A DNA stretch of 59,647 nucleotides from Actinomycetes bacterium (lineage in GTDB: Bacteria > Actinomycetota > Actinomycetes > Prado026): NCBI GenBank assembly GCA_036510875.1, contig DATCDE010000111.1, forward strand, positions 1 to 59,647. The letters are read 5' to 3'. Below the pieces are notes generated by a model that searched no databases, was not told the DNA's origin, and worked only from the letters and a program-made list of their open reading frames with translations. A program made the position numbers and the translations under genes. Below, in pieces: positions 34,493 to 42,730 of this stretch (positions are counted from its first letter, which is position 1; every line of letters starts with the position of its first letter).

Positions 34493-35772
34493 GCGAGCCG
34501 TTCGCCGCGGTCGACGTCATCGTGGCCAAGCGGGACGGCGGCGAGCTCACCGACGAGCAGATCGACTGGGTCGTGGACGCGTACACCCGCGGCGCGGTGG
34601 CCGACGAGCAGATGTCGGCGCTGGCCATGGCCATCCTGCTCAACGGTATGGGACGCCGGGAGATCGCGCGGTGGACCGACGCGATGATCCGCAGCGGGGA
34701 GCGGATGGACTGGTCCGGGCTGGACCGGCCGACCGCGGACAAGCACTCCACCGGCGGGGTGGGCGACAAGATCACCCTGCCGCTGGCGCCGCTCGTGGCC
34801 GCCTGCGGGGTGGCCGTGCCGCAGCTGTCCGGCCGAGGGCTGGGACACACCGGCGGCACGCTGGACAAGCTGGAGTCGATCCCGGGCTGGCGGGCCGCGC
34901 TGTCCAACGACGAGATGCTCGCCCAGCTGCGCGACGTCGGGGCGGTCATCTGCGCGGCCGGCAGCGGGCTGGCCCCGGCGGACAAGAAGCTCTACGCGCT
35001 GCGCGACGTCACCGGCACCGTCGAGGCGATCCCGCTGATCGCCAGCTCGATCATGAGCAAGAAGATCGCCGAGGGCACCGGGGCGCTCGTGCTCGACGTC
35101 AAGGTGGGCTCCGGGGCGTTCATGAAGGACGTCGACCGGGCCCGGGAGCTGGCCGAGACGATGGTCGGGCTCGGCCGCGACGCTGGCATCCGCACGGTGG
35201 CCCTGCTCACGGCTATGGACACCCCGCTCGGCCGCACGGCGGGCAACGCCCTCGAGGTCGCCGAGTCGGTCGAGGTGCTCGAAGGCGGTGGCCCGGCCGA
35301 CGTCGTCGAGCTGACCCTGGCACTGGCCAGGGAGATGCTGCGCGGGGCCGGGGTCACCGACGTGGACCCGGCCGACCGGCTGGCCGACGGGTCGGCCATG
35401 GACGCGTGGCGGGCCATGGTCCGGGCCCAGGGCGGTGACCCGCTGGCCCCGCTCCCGCGCGCCGCCGAGACCCTCGTCGTCCCCGCGCCCGCCACCGGGA
35501 CGCTGACCCGGCTGGACGCGCTGGCCGTCGGCCTGTGCGCCTGGCGGCTCGGGGCCGGGCGGGCCCGCAAGGAGGACCCGGTGTCGGCCGGCGCGGGCGT
35601 GGTCCTGTACGCCAAACCGGGGGCGCCGGTGCGGGCCGGAGAGCCGCTGCTCACTCTGCACGCGGACGACCCGGACCGGTTCGCCCGCGCCGTCGAGGCG
35701 CTGGTCGGCGGGATCGAGGTGGACGGGCCGACCCGTCCGCTGCCCCTGCTCATCGAGACGATCGGAGCCTGA
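34489..35772 (+). CDS. deoA: Thymidine/pyrimidine-nucleoside phosphorylase
   Basis: GTG 34489 overlaps the cdd stop. VIVAKRDGGELTDEQIDW...DKHSTGGVGDKITL...SGRGLGHTGGTLDKLESIPG. Confidence 0.95.
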   Translation: MSEPFAAVDVIVAKRDGGELTDEQIDWVVDAYTRGAVADEQMSALAMAILLNGMGRREIARWTDAMIRSGERMDWSGLDRPTADKHSTGGVGDKITLPLAPLVAACGVAVPQLSGRGLGHTGGTLDKLESIPGWRAALSNDEMLAQLRDVGAVICAAGSGLAPADKKLYALRDVTGTVEAIPLIASSIMSKKIAEGTGALVLDVKVGSGAFMKDVDRARELAETMVGLGRDAGIRTVALLTAMDTPLGRTAGNALEVAESVEVLEGGGPADVVELTLALAREMLRGAGVTDVDPADRLADGSAMDAWRAMVRAQGGDPLAPLPRAAETLVVPAPATGTLTRLDALAVGLCAWRLGAGRARKEDPVSAGAGVVLYAKPGAPVRAGEPLLTLHADDPDRFARAVEALVGGIEVDGPTRPLPLLIETIGA

Positions 35773-36140
35773 TGCCCGAGCTGGTCACTGCCCCCACGCG
35801 GATCCCGGTCCCCGGCGGCAAGGTCATCGACGAGTTCGTCGGCCGGGTCACCACGGGCACCGCTGACGTGTCGGTGGCCCGGATGGTGGCCCCCGGTGGC
35901 TGGGAGGAGCCGGCCCAGACCCCCGAGTTCGACGAGGTGACGCTTGTGCTGCGTGGTGTCGTCCGGGTGGAGCACGACGGCGGGGTGCTCGACGTCGGCG
36001 CGGGCCAGGTCGTGCTGACCAGGGCCGGGGAGCGGGTGCGCTACACCACCCCGGAGCCGGACGGCGCCGAGTACGTAGCGGTGTGCGTGCCGGCGTTCGG
36101 CCCGGACCTGGCGCACCGCGACCCGGAGGGCGTGGCATGA
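35772..36140 (+). CDS. Cupin-fold protein (function unknown)
   Basis: 122 aa. [26 protein letters not shown]...[14 protein letters not shown] has a beta-barrel-like pattern. The ATG shares one nt with the deoA TGA. Confidence 0.65.
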   Translation: MPELVTAPTRIPVPGGKVIDEFVGRVTTGTADVSVARMVAPGGWEEPAQTPEFDEVTLVLRGVVRVEHDGGVLDVGAGQVVLTRAGERVRYTTPEPDGAEYVAVCVPAFGPDLAHRDPEGVA

Positions 36141-37132
36141 CGGCAGTGCCGGTGCGCACCCTGGGCCGCGGCCCGGCCGCCCTCGCCGTCTCCGCCGAGG
36201 GACTCGGCTGCATGGGCATGTCGGACTTCTACGGCCCCGGCGACGACGGCGAGTCGCTGGCCACGATCCAGCGCGCGCTGGACCTCGGGGTGACCTTCCT
36301 GGACACGTCCGACATGTACGGGCCGTTCACCAACGAGCGGCTGGTGGGCCGGGCGGTCGCCGGCCGGCGCGACGACGTCGTGGTCGCGACGAAGTTCGGC
36401 ATCGTCCGGGACGAGTCGGGGGCCCGGCTGGGGATCAGCGGCCGCCCCGAGTACGTGCGGTCGGCCTGCGACGCTTCGCTGCAGCGGCTCGGGGTGGAGC
36501 GGATCGACCTGTACTACCAGCACCGGGTGGACCTGTCCGTGCCGATCGAGGAGACGGTCGGGGCGATGGCCGAGCTGGTCGCCGCGGGGAAGGTGGCGCA
36601 CCTGGGGCTGTCCGAGGCGGCGGCCACGACGATTCGGCGGGCGCACGCGGTGCACCCGATCACCGCCGTCCAGACCGAGTACTCGCTGTGGGCGCGCGAC
36701 GTCGAGGCGGAGGTCCTGCCGACCCTGCGTGAGCTGGGCATCGGGCTGGTCGCCTACAGCCCGCTGGGCCGCGGCTTCCTGACCGGGCGGTTCGGCTCGG
36801 TCGACGACGTCCCGGCCGGGGACTTCCGGGCGAGCGACCCGCGGTTCTCGAAGGACAACTTCGCGCACAACGCGGCGCTGGTGGCCGGGGTCCGGGCGCT
36901 GGCCGCGGAGAAGGGGGTCACCCCGGGCCAGCTGGCGCTGGCCTGGGTGCTCGCGCAGGGCCCGGACGTGGTGCCGATCCCGGGCACGAAGCGGCGCGCC
37001 TACCTGCAGGAGAACGCCGCGGCCGTGGCCGTCGAGCTCACGGCCGGGGACCTGGAGTGGCTGGCGGCCGCCGTCCCGCCCGGTTCGGTGGCCGGCTTCC
37101 GCTACGCCGACATGTCCAGCGTCAACCGCTGA
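36137..37132 (+). CDS. Aldo/keto reductase
   Basis: [12 protein letters not shown]...[25 protein letters not shown]...[10 protein letters not shown]...[11 protein letters not shown]...VQTEYSLW...[17 protein letters not shown] overlap with the cupin gene. Confidence 0.92.
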   Translation: MTAVPVRTLGRGPAALAVSAEGLGCMGMSDFYGPGDDGESLATIQRALDLGVTFLDTSDMYGPFTNERLVGRAVAGRRDDVVVATKFGIVRDESGARLGISGRPEYVRSACDASLQRLGVERIDLYYQHRVDLSVPIEETVGAMAELVAAGKVAHLGLSEAAATTIRRAHAVHPITAVQTEYSLWARDVEAEVLPTLRELGIGLVAYSPLGRGFLTGRFGSVDDVPAGDFRASDPRFSKDNFAHNAALVAGVRALAAEKGVTPGQLALAWVLAQGPDVVPIPGTKRRAYLQENAAAVAVELTAGDLEWLAAAVPPGSVAGFRYADMSSVNR

Positions 37133-37155
37133 CCCGGCCTACCCCCCAGACCCGG

Positions 37156-37257
37156 ATGAAGGGTCCCTTCTGTGCGCAAGGCTGCACCGACCCAGCCTTC
37201 ATGCCTGCCCATGAAGGGTAGAGATCTGGCACCTTGCGCACAGAAGGGACCCGTCAT
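37156..37257. repeat. Nested inverted-repeat element (21-bp perfect / 26-bp imperfect outer arms, 8-bp inner hairpin)
   Basis: GGGTCCCTTCTGTGCGCAAGG (37161-37181) is the exact reverse complement of 37232-37252. The arms extend to 37156/37257 with one mismatch. Inner stem is CCTTCATG (37196-37203) / CATGAAGG (37210-37217). GC content is locally reduced. Confidence 0.8.
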
Positions 37258-37676
37258 GCAGGGGTGACGGGGGTGCGCTTGAAGGGGTCGTGGGCCGGCG
37301 GGGTCATCAGCTCGGCGCGCGGGCAGCTGTCCAGGGTGAGGCCCACCCAGGACAGTGCGTCGTCGCACAGCGAGTCCACGGTCCAGCCGAGCTCCAGCCC
37401 GTGCGGGCTCACCGTGACCTTGTAGATCGTGATCTGGTGCCGGTTCGGGGAGTCGTACATCACCGCGATCGACCCGATCAGCTGGGCCGACCCGCGGGCA
37501 CCCCCAGGTCCGTTCCACGCCTGGTCGTAGCGCTGCCACAGCGACGAGGTGGCGTTCCAGATGCCGCCCTTGCCGACGTCGAGGCGGGCCAGCTCGTGAA
37601 GAACCCGCGCGGCCGTCCGCTGGTCGAGCACAGCGGCCGGCCGGATGACCCGGGTCTCCTCCGACGTGAAGCGCAT
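37254..37676 (-). CDS. Hypothetical protein (140 aa), divergent from add
   Basis: ATG 37676 with GAGG about 6 nt upstream. The sequence is compositionally protein-like (W, N, Y, K, I present): ...[23 protein letters not shown]...[29 protein letters not shown]... No family recognised. Confidence 0.55.
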   Translation of the reverse strand: MRFTSEETRVIRPAAVLDQRTAARVLHELARLDVGKGGIWNATSSLWQRYDQAWNGPGGARGSAQLIGSIAVMYDSPNRHQITIYKVTVSPHGLELGWTVDSLCDDALSWVGLTLDSCPRAELMTPPAHDPFKRTPVTPA

Positions 37677-37730
37677 GAGGACCTCATCGGTAGGGACGGC
37701 CGGGGGGTTGAGGCCGATAGCCTCACCTGC

Positions 37731-38816
37731 GTGCCGCTTTCTGAGGATCTGGTCCGCCGCGCCCCCAAGGTCCTGCTCCATGATCACCTCGACGGCGGGC
37801 TGCGCCCCTCGACCGTCGTCCAGCTGGCCGCCGAGCAGGGCTACGGCCGGCTGCCCACCGACGACCCCGACGGGCTGGCCCGCTGGTTCGTCGCGGCCTG
37901 CGACTCCGGCTCGCTGGAGCGCTACCTGCAGACCTTCGAGCACACGGTCGGGGTGCTGCAGACCCGCACCGCACTGACCAGGGTGGCGCGGGAGTGCGCC
38001 GAGGACCTGGCGGCCGACGGCGTCGTCTACGCCGAGGTCCGGTTCGCCCCCGAGCTGCACCTGGCCGGTGGGCTGTCCCTGGACGACGTCGTGCAGGCGG
38101 CGCTGGACGGCTTCCAGGAGGGCGAGCGCCGGGCGGCGGCCGCCGGCACCCCGATCGTGGTGCGCACCCTGCTCACGGCGATGCGGCACGCAGCCCGCTC
38201 CCGGGAGATCGCCGAGCTCGTCGTGCGGTTCCGCGACGGCGGCGTGGTGGGCTTCGACATCGCCGGCGCGGAGGCCGGCTTCCCGCCGACCCGGCACCTG
38301 GACGCCTTCGAGTACCTGCGCCGGGAGAACGCGCACTTCACGATCCACGCCGGCGAGGCGTTCGGGCTGCCGTCGATCTGGGAGGCGCTGCAGTGGTGCG
38401 GGGCGGACCGGCTCGGCCACGGCGTGCGCATCGCGGACGACATCACGGTGCACGACGATGGCCGGGTCACCCTGGGCCGGCTGGCCCAGTACGTGCGAGA
38501 CAAGCGGATCCCGCTGGAGATGTGCCCGACGTCGAACCTGCAGACCGGTGCCGCCGCCTCGCTCGCCGAGCACCCGATCGGGCTGCTCACCCGGCTGCGG
38601 TTCCGGGTCACCGTGAACACCGACAACCGGCTCATGAGCGGGACGTCGATGACGCACGAGCTGCACGCCCTCAGCGAGACGTTCGGCTACGGCGTCCCGG
38701 ACCTGCAGTGGTTCACGATCAACGCGATGAAGTCGGCCTTCCTGCCGTTCGACGAGCGGCTGGCCCTGATCGACTCGGTGATCAAGCCGGGGTACGCGGC
38801 GCTGCAGCGGCTCTGA
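37731..38816 (+). CDS. add: Adenosine deaminase
   Basis: GTG 37731: [26 protein letters not shown]...[11 protein letters not shown]...FTIHAGE...GHGVR...EMCPTSN...VNTDN. Confidence 0.93.
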   Translation: MPLSEDLVRRAPKVLLHDHLDGGLRPSTVVQLAAEQGYGRLPTDDPDGLARWFVAACDSGSLERYLQTFEHTVGVLQTRTALTRVARECAEDLAADGVVYAEVRFAPELHLAGGLSLDDVVQAALDGFQEGERRAAAAGTPIVVRTLLTAMRHAARSREIAELVVRFRDGGVVGFDIAGAEAGFPPTRHLDAFEYLRRENAHFTIHAGEAFGLPSIWEALQWCGADRLGHGVRIADDITVHDDGRVTLGRLAQYVRDKRIPLEMCPTSNLQTGAAASLAEHPIGLLTRLRFRVTVNTDNRLMSGTSMTHELHALSETFGYGVPDLQWFTINAMKSAFLPFDERLALIDSVIKPGYAALQRL

Positions 38817-38891
38817 GCGCCTGGGCGGTCCGCTGCCGGTCGCCATCGGCGCCAGCCGCAGCACGACCCGCGCGACCGGCCCCTCCGCGGC

Positions 38892-39752
38892 CTACAACCC
38901 GACCGGGTGCCAGACCGTCTTGGTCTCCAGGAAGGCCAGCATCGGCCCGGTGCCCGGGTCGGCGGCCCAGTCGGCGTCCGGGTCGGCCGGGCGCCGGACC
39001 CGCTTGAGGTTCTCGGCGGCAGCCGCCTCGAGGTCGACGGCGTCCAGACCGGCGCCGGTCAGGTCGATGCCGTTGACGTCCATGTGCGAGGCCAGCCACG
39101 GCGCGACCTCGGCGACCCGTCCGGTCAGGATGTTCACCACGCCACCGGGGACGTCGGAGGTCGCGAGCACCTCCCCGAAGGTGACGGCCGGCAACGGCAT
39201 GGTCTGCGATGCGAGGACGACGGCGGTGTTTCCGGTCACCACGGCCGGGGCGACCACGCTGACCAGGCCGAGCAGCGCGGACCGCTGGGGGGCGACCACG
39301 GCGACCACTCCGGTCGGCTCGGGCACCGAGAAGTTGAAGAACGGCCCGGCCACCGGGTTGGCCGAACCGGCCACCTGCGCCACCTTGTCCGACCAGCCGG
39401 CGTACCAGACCAGCCGGTCGATCGCCGCCTCGACGGCGGACCGGGCAGGGGCCGCCGTGAGGCCCTCCGCCGCCGCGACCTCGGCCGCGAACTGGTCGCG
39501 GCGGCCCTCCATCACCTCGGCCACCCGGTAGAGCACCTGGCCGCGGTTGTAGGCGGTCGCGCCGGACCACCCGGGGAAGGCCTTGCGGGCCGCCACCACA
39601 GCGTCCCTGGCGTCCTTGCGGGAGGCCAGGGCGGCGTTGGCCAGGAACCGACCCTTGGCGTCGGTCACCTCGTAGGAGCGCCCGCTCTCCGACCGGGGGA
39701 ACGCCCCGCCGACGTAGAGCTTGTAGGTCTTGCGGACATCGAGCCTAGACAT
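38892..39752 (-). CDS. Aldehyde-dehydrogenase-like protein lacking the catalytic domain (286 aa, no cysteine)
   Basis: ALDH N-terminus: KTYKLYVGGAFPRSESGRSYEV...ARKAFPGWSG. Cofactor-domain strands: EPTGVVAVVAPQ...VVTGNTAVVLAS...PGGVVNILTG. It then jumps to the C-terminal FLETKTVWHPVG. The translation contains no Cys. There is an 8-nt overlap with the upstream ALDH gene. Confidence 0.8.
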   Translation of the reverse strand: MSRLDVRKTYKLYVGGAFPRSESGRSYEVTDAKGRFLANAALASRKDARDAVVAARKAFPGWSGATAYNRGQVLYRVAEVMEGRRDQFAAEVAAAEGLTAAPARSAVEAAIDRLVWYAGWSDKVAQVAGSANPVAGPFFNFSVPEPTGVVAVVAPQRSALLGLVSVVAPAVVTGNTAVVLASQTMPLPAVTFGEVLATSDVPGGVVNILTGRVAEVAPWLASHMDVNGIDLTGAGLDAVDLEAAAAENLKRVRRPADPDADWAADPGTGPMLAFLETKTVWHPVGL

Positions 39753-41184
39753 CGAGGTAGGCCTCCAGACCGTGCCGGCCGCCCTCGCGGCCGTGGCCGG
39801 ACTCCTTGTACCCGCCGAACGGCGACGTCGGGTCGAAGTGGTTGAACGTGTTGGCCCACACCACGCCGGCCCGCAGGTGCTGGGCCATGTACAAGATCCG
39901 GGAGCCCTTGTCCGTCCACACCCCGGCGGACAGCCCGTACGGCGTGTTGTTGGCCTTGGCCAGCGCCTCCTTCGGCGTCCGAAAGGTCAGCACCGAGAGC
40001 ACCGGCCCGAAGATCTCCTCCCGCGCGATCCGGTGCACCTGCGAGACGCCGGTGAAGACCGTGGGCGGGAACCAGTAGCCACGGTCCGGCAGTGCGCACG
40101 GCGCCGACCAGCGCTGCGCTCCCTCGGCCTCGCCGACCTTGCTCATGGTCACGATCCGCTCCAGCTGGACGGCGGAGTTGATCGCCCCGATGTCGGAGTT
40201 CTTGTCCATCGGGTCGCCCAGCCGCAGCGTGCCCAACCGGCGCTTGAGCGAGCGCAGCACCTCGTCGGCCACCGACTCCTGCACGAGCAGCCGGGTGCCT
40301 GCGCAGCAGACGTGGCCCTGGTTGAAGAAGACCCCTCGCACGATGCCCTCGACTGCCTGGTCGACCGGCGCGTCGTCGAACACGATGTTCGCGGCCTTGC
40401 CGCCGAGCTCGAGGGTGACCTTCTTGCGCGACCCGGCCACCGCGCGCGCGATCAGGCGGCCCACCTCGGTCGACCCGGTGAACGCGACCTTGTCGACGTC
40501 CGGGTGCTCGACCAGCGACTGTCCGGTGCGGCCGGCACCGGTGACGATGTTCACCACCCCCGCTGGCAGGTCGGCCTGCTGGCAGATCTCGGCGAACCGC
40601 AGCGCCGTGAGTGGCGTAGTCTCGGCCGGCTTGAGCACCACGGTGTTCCCGGCGGCCAGCGCGGGGGCAACCTTCCAGGCCAGCATGAGCAGCGGGAAGT
40701 TCCACGGGATGACCTGGGCGGCCACCCCGAGCGGGCGCGGGTGCGGCCCGAACCCGGCGTGGTCGAGCTTGTCCGCCCAGCCCGCGTAATAGAAGAAGTG
40801 CGCCGCGACGAGCGGCACGTCGACGTCGCGGGACTCGCGGATCGGCTTGCCGTTGTCCAGCGTCTCCAGGACGGCGAGCTCGCGGGCCCGCTCCTGGATG
40901 ATCCGGGCGATCCGGAACAGGTACTTGCCGCGCTCCCGGCCGGACATCCGCGACCAGGTGCGGGTGTACGCGCGGCGCGCGGCCTTCACGGCGCGGTCCA
41001 CGTCGGCGGCGCCGGCCTCGCCGACCTCGGCGAGGACCTCCTCGGTGGCCGGGTTGACGGTCGTGAAGGCGGACCCGTCGGCCGGGTCGACGAACGCGCC
41101 GTCGATGAACAGCCCGTAGGACGGCTGCAGGGTGACGACGGCCCGGGACTCCGGGGCCGGGGCGTACTCGAAGACGGTTCCCAT
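39745..41184 (-). CDS. Aldehyde dehydrogenase (full length, NAD(P)-dependent)
   Basis: LFIDGAFVD...VNPATEEVL...IPWNFPLLM...FTGSTEVG...LELGGK...FFNQGHVCCAGTRLLV (catalytic Cys)...GGYKESGHGREGG. Confidence 0.93.
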   Translation of the reverse strand: MGTVFEYAPAPESRAVVTLQPSYGLFIDGAFVDPADGSAFTTVNPATEEVLAEVGEAGAADVDRAVKAARRAYTRTWSRMSGRERGKYLFRIARIIQERARELAVLETLDNGKPIRESRDVDVPLVAAHFFYYAGWADKLDHAGFGPHPRPLGVAAQVIPWNFPLLMLAWKVAPALAAGNTVVLKPAETTPLTALRFAEICQQADLPAGVVNIVTGAGRTGQSLVEHPDVDKVAFTGSTEVGRLIARAVAGSRKKVTLELGGKAANIVFDDAPVDQAVEGIVRGVFFNQGHVCCAGTRLLVQESVADEVLRSLKRRLGTLRLGDPMDKNSDIGAINSAVQLERIVTMSKVGEAEGAQRWSAPCALPDRGYWFPPTVFTGVSQVHRIAREEIFGPVLSVLTFRTPKEALAKANNTPYGLSAGVWTDKGSRILYMAQHLRAGVVWANTFNHFDPTSPFGGYKESGHGREGGRHGLEAYLDV

Positions 41185-41190
41185 GCGGCG

Positions 41191-42144
41191 TCAGTCCAAG
41201 GTGAAGTAGTCGGGACCGCTGTAGCGGCCGGTGGCCAGCTTGGTGCGCTGCATCAGCAGGTCGTTGAGCACGCTGGAGGCCCCCAGCCGGAACCAGTCGG
41301 GGTCCAGCCAGTCCTCGCCGACGATCTCGTTGACCAGCACCAGGTAGCGGATGGCGTCCTTGCTGGTGCGGATGCCGCCGGCCGCCTTCACGCCGACCTG
41401 CCGGCCGGTGGCCTCGCGGAAGTCCCGCACCGCCTGCAGCATGACCAGGGTGACCGGAGCCGTGGCGGCCGGCTCGATCTTGCCGGTGGACGTCTTGATG
41501 AAGTGGCCGCCGGCCAGCATGGCCAGCCAGGAGGCCCGCCGGACGTTGTCGTAGGTCTGCAGCTCCCCGGTCTCCAGGATGACCTTCAGGTGGGCGGCCC
41601 CGCAGGCCGCCTTGACGGCGACGATCTCGTCGAACACGTCCAGGTACCGCCCGGTGAGGAAGGCGCCCCGGTCGATCACCATGTCGATCTCGTCGGCGCC
41701 CGCGGCCACGGCGTCCCCGGTGTCGAGCAGCTTCACGTCGAGCGACGCGCGGCCGGACGGGAAGGCGGTGGCGACAGCGGCCACCTTGACCCCGCTGCCG
41801 CGCAGCGCCTCCTTGGCCACCCCGACCATGTCGGTGTAGACGCAGATCGCCGCCACCGGGGGAGTGGTCGGGTCCATCGGGTCCGGCCGCATCGCCTTGG
41901 CGCACAGGCCGCGCACCTTGCCTGGGGTGTCCATGCCCTCGAGCGTGGTCAGGTCGATCATCGAGATCGCCAGGTCGAGGGCGGTCGCCTTGGCGGTGGT
42001 CTTGATGGACCGGGTGGCGAGATCGGCCGCGCGGGCGTCCGCGCCGACCTGGTCCACCCCGGGGAGTCCGTGCAGGAACCGTCGCAGCGCGGCGTCCGAC
42101 GTCGTGATCTCGCCGATCCGCCCGGTCAGGTCGATCGCGGCCAT
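41191..42144 (-). CDS. deoC: Deoxyribose-phosphate aldolase (long actinobacterial form)
   Basis: ...MIDLTTLEG...ICVYTDMV...TAFPSG...DMVIDRG...LKVILETGEL...FIKTSTGK (Schiff-base Lys context). ATG 42144; GTG 42150 and ATG 42177 are alternatives. Confidence 0.9.
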   Translation of the reverse strand: MAAIDLTGRIGEITTSDAALRRFLHGLPGVDQVGADARAADLATRSIKTTAKATALDLAISMIDLTTLEGMDTPGKVRGLCAKAMRPDPMDPTTPPVAAICVYTDMVGVAKEALRGSGVKVAAVATAFPSGRASLDVKLLDTGDAVAAGADEIDMVIDRGAFLTGRYLDVFDEIVAVKAACGAAHLKVILETGELQTYDNVRRASWLAMLAGGHFIKTSTGKIEPAATAPVTLVMLQAVRDFREATGRQVGVKAAGGIRTSKDAIRYLVLVNEIVGEDWLDPDWFRLGASSVLNDLLMQRTKLATGRYSGPDYFTLD

Positions 42145-42185
42145 GGTCACCCTCGCGATCGTAGTTGCCAGGCACAATGTGCGTC

Positions 42186-42683
42186 ATGGGAAGCGCAGCC
42201 GGACGGGAGCCCTACCTCCGGCTCCGGCCGCAGCAGCCGGGCGAGGAACGGCCGGACACCTCGTCGGAGTGGGACGACTGGAATGGTGAGTTCGACCCGC
42301 AGGCGGCCAGCGACGTCGGCCGGCTGCTCGTCGAGGCGGACGGCACCGTCGTGGGGGACGTGACCTGGCACGCGGTCTGGTACGGGCCGACTCCAGGCTG
42401 CCTGGCCTGGAACATCGGTATCGCCCTGGTGCCTGCCGCCCGAGGGCGGGGGATCGGCTCCCGCGCCCAGCGGATGCTGGCCGAGTACCTGTTCGCGACG
42501 ACCTCCGTCGTCCGGGTCGAGGCCAGCACGGACGTTGACAACCTGGCCGAGCAGCGGGCGCTGGAGGCGGCCGGGTTTCGCCGGGAGGGTGTGCAGCGCG
42601 GCGCCCAGGTGCGCCGGGACGGTCGGCACGACCTGGTCTGCTACGCCGTCCTGCGCACCGACCTCCCCGACTTGTCAGGGTGA
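42186..42683 (+). CDS. GNAT family N-acetyltransferase (RimJ/RimL-like)
   Basis: ...IGIALVPAARGRGIGSRAQRMLAEYLF...VEASTDVDNLAEQRALEAAGFRREGV. ATG 42186 or 42177. Confidence 0.8.
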   Translation: MGSAAGREPYLRLRPQQPGEERPDTSSEWDDWNGEFDPQAASDVGRLLVEADGTVVGDVTWHAVWYGPTPGCLAWNIGIALVPAARGRGIGSRAQRMLAEYLFATTSVVRVEASTDVDNLAEQRALEAAGFRREGVQRGAQVRRDGRHDLVCYAVLRTDLPDLSG

Positions 42684-42730
42684 GGACGACGTATCGCTGG
42701 CCCTCACCCTGACAGGTTCGACTGGAGGTC
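42672..42730. repeat. Palindromic repeat element, copy B (13-bp perfect stem 42673-42685 / 42702-42714)
   Basis: TGTCAGGGTGAGG / CCTCACCCTGACA. The left arm holds the GNAT TGA (42681-42683). The right arm holds the mutase stop (42704-42706). 49 of 59 positions match 15892-15950. Confidence 0.75.
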
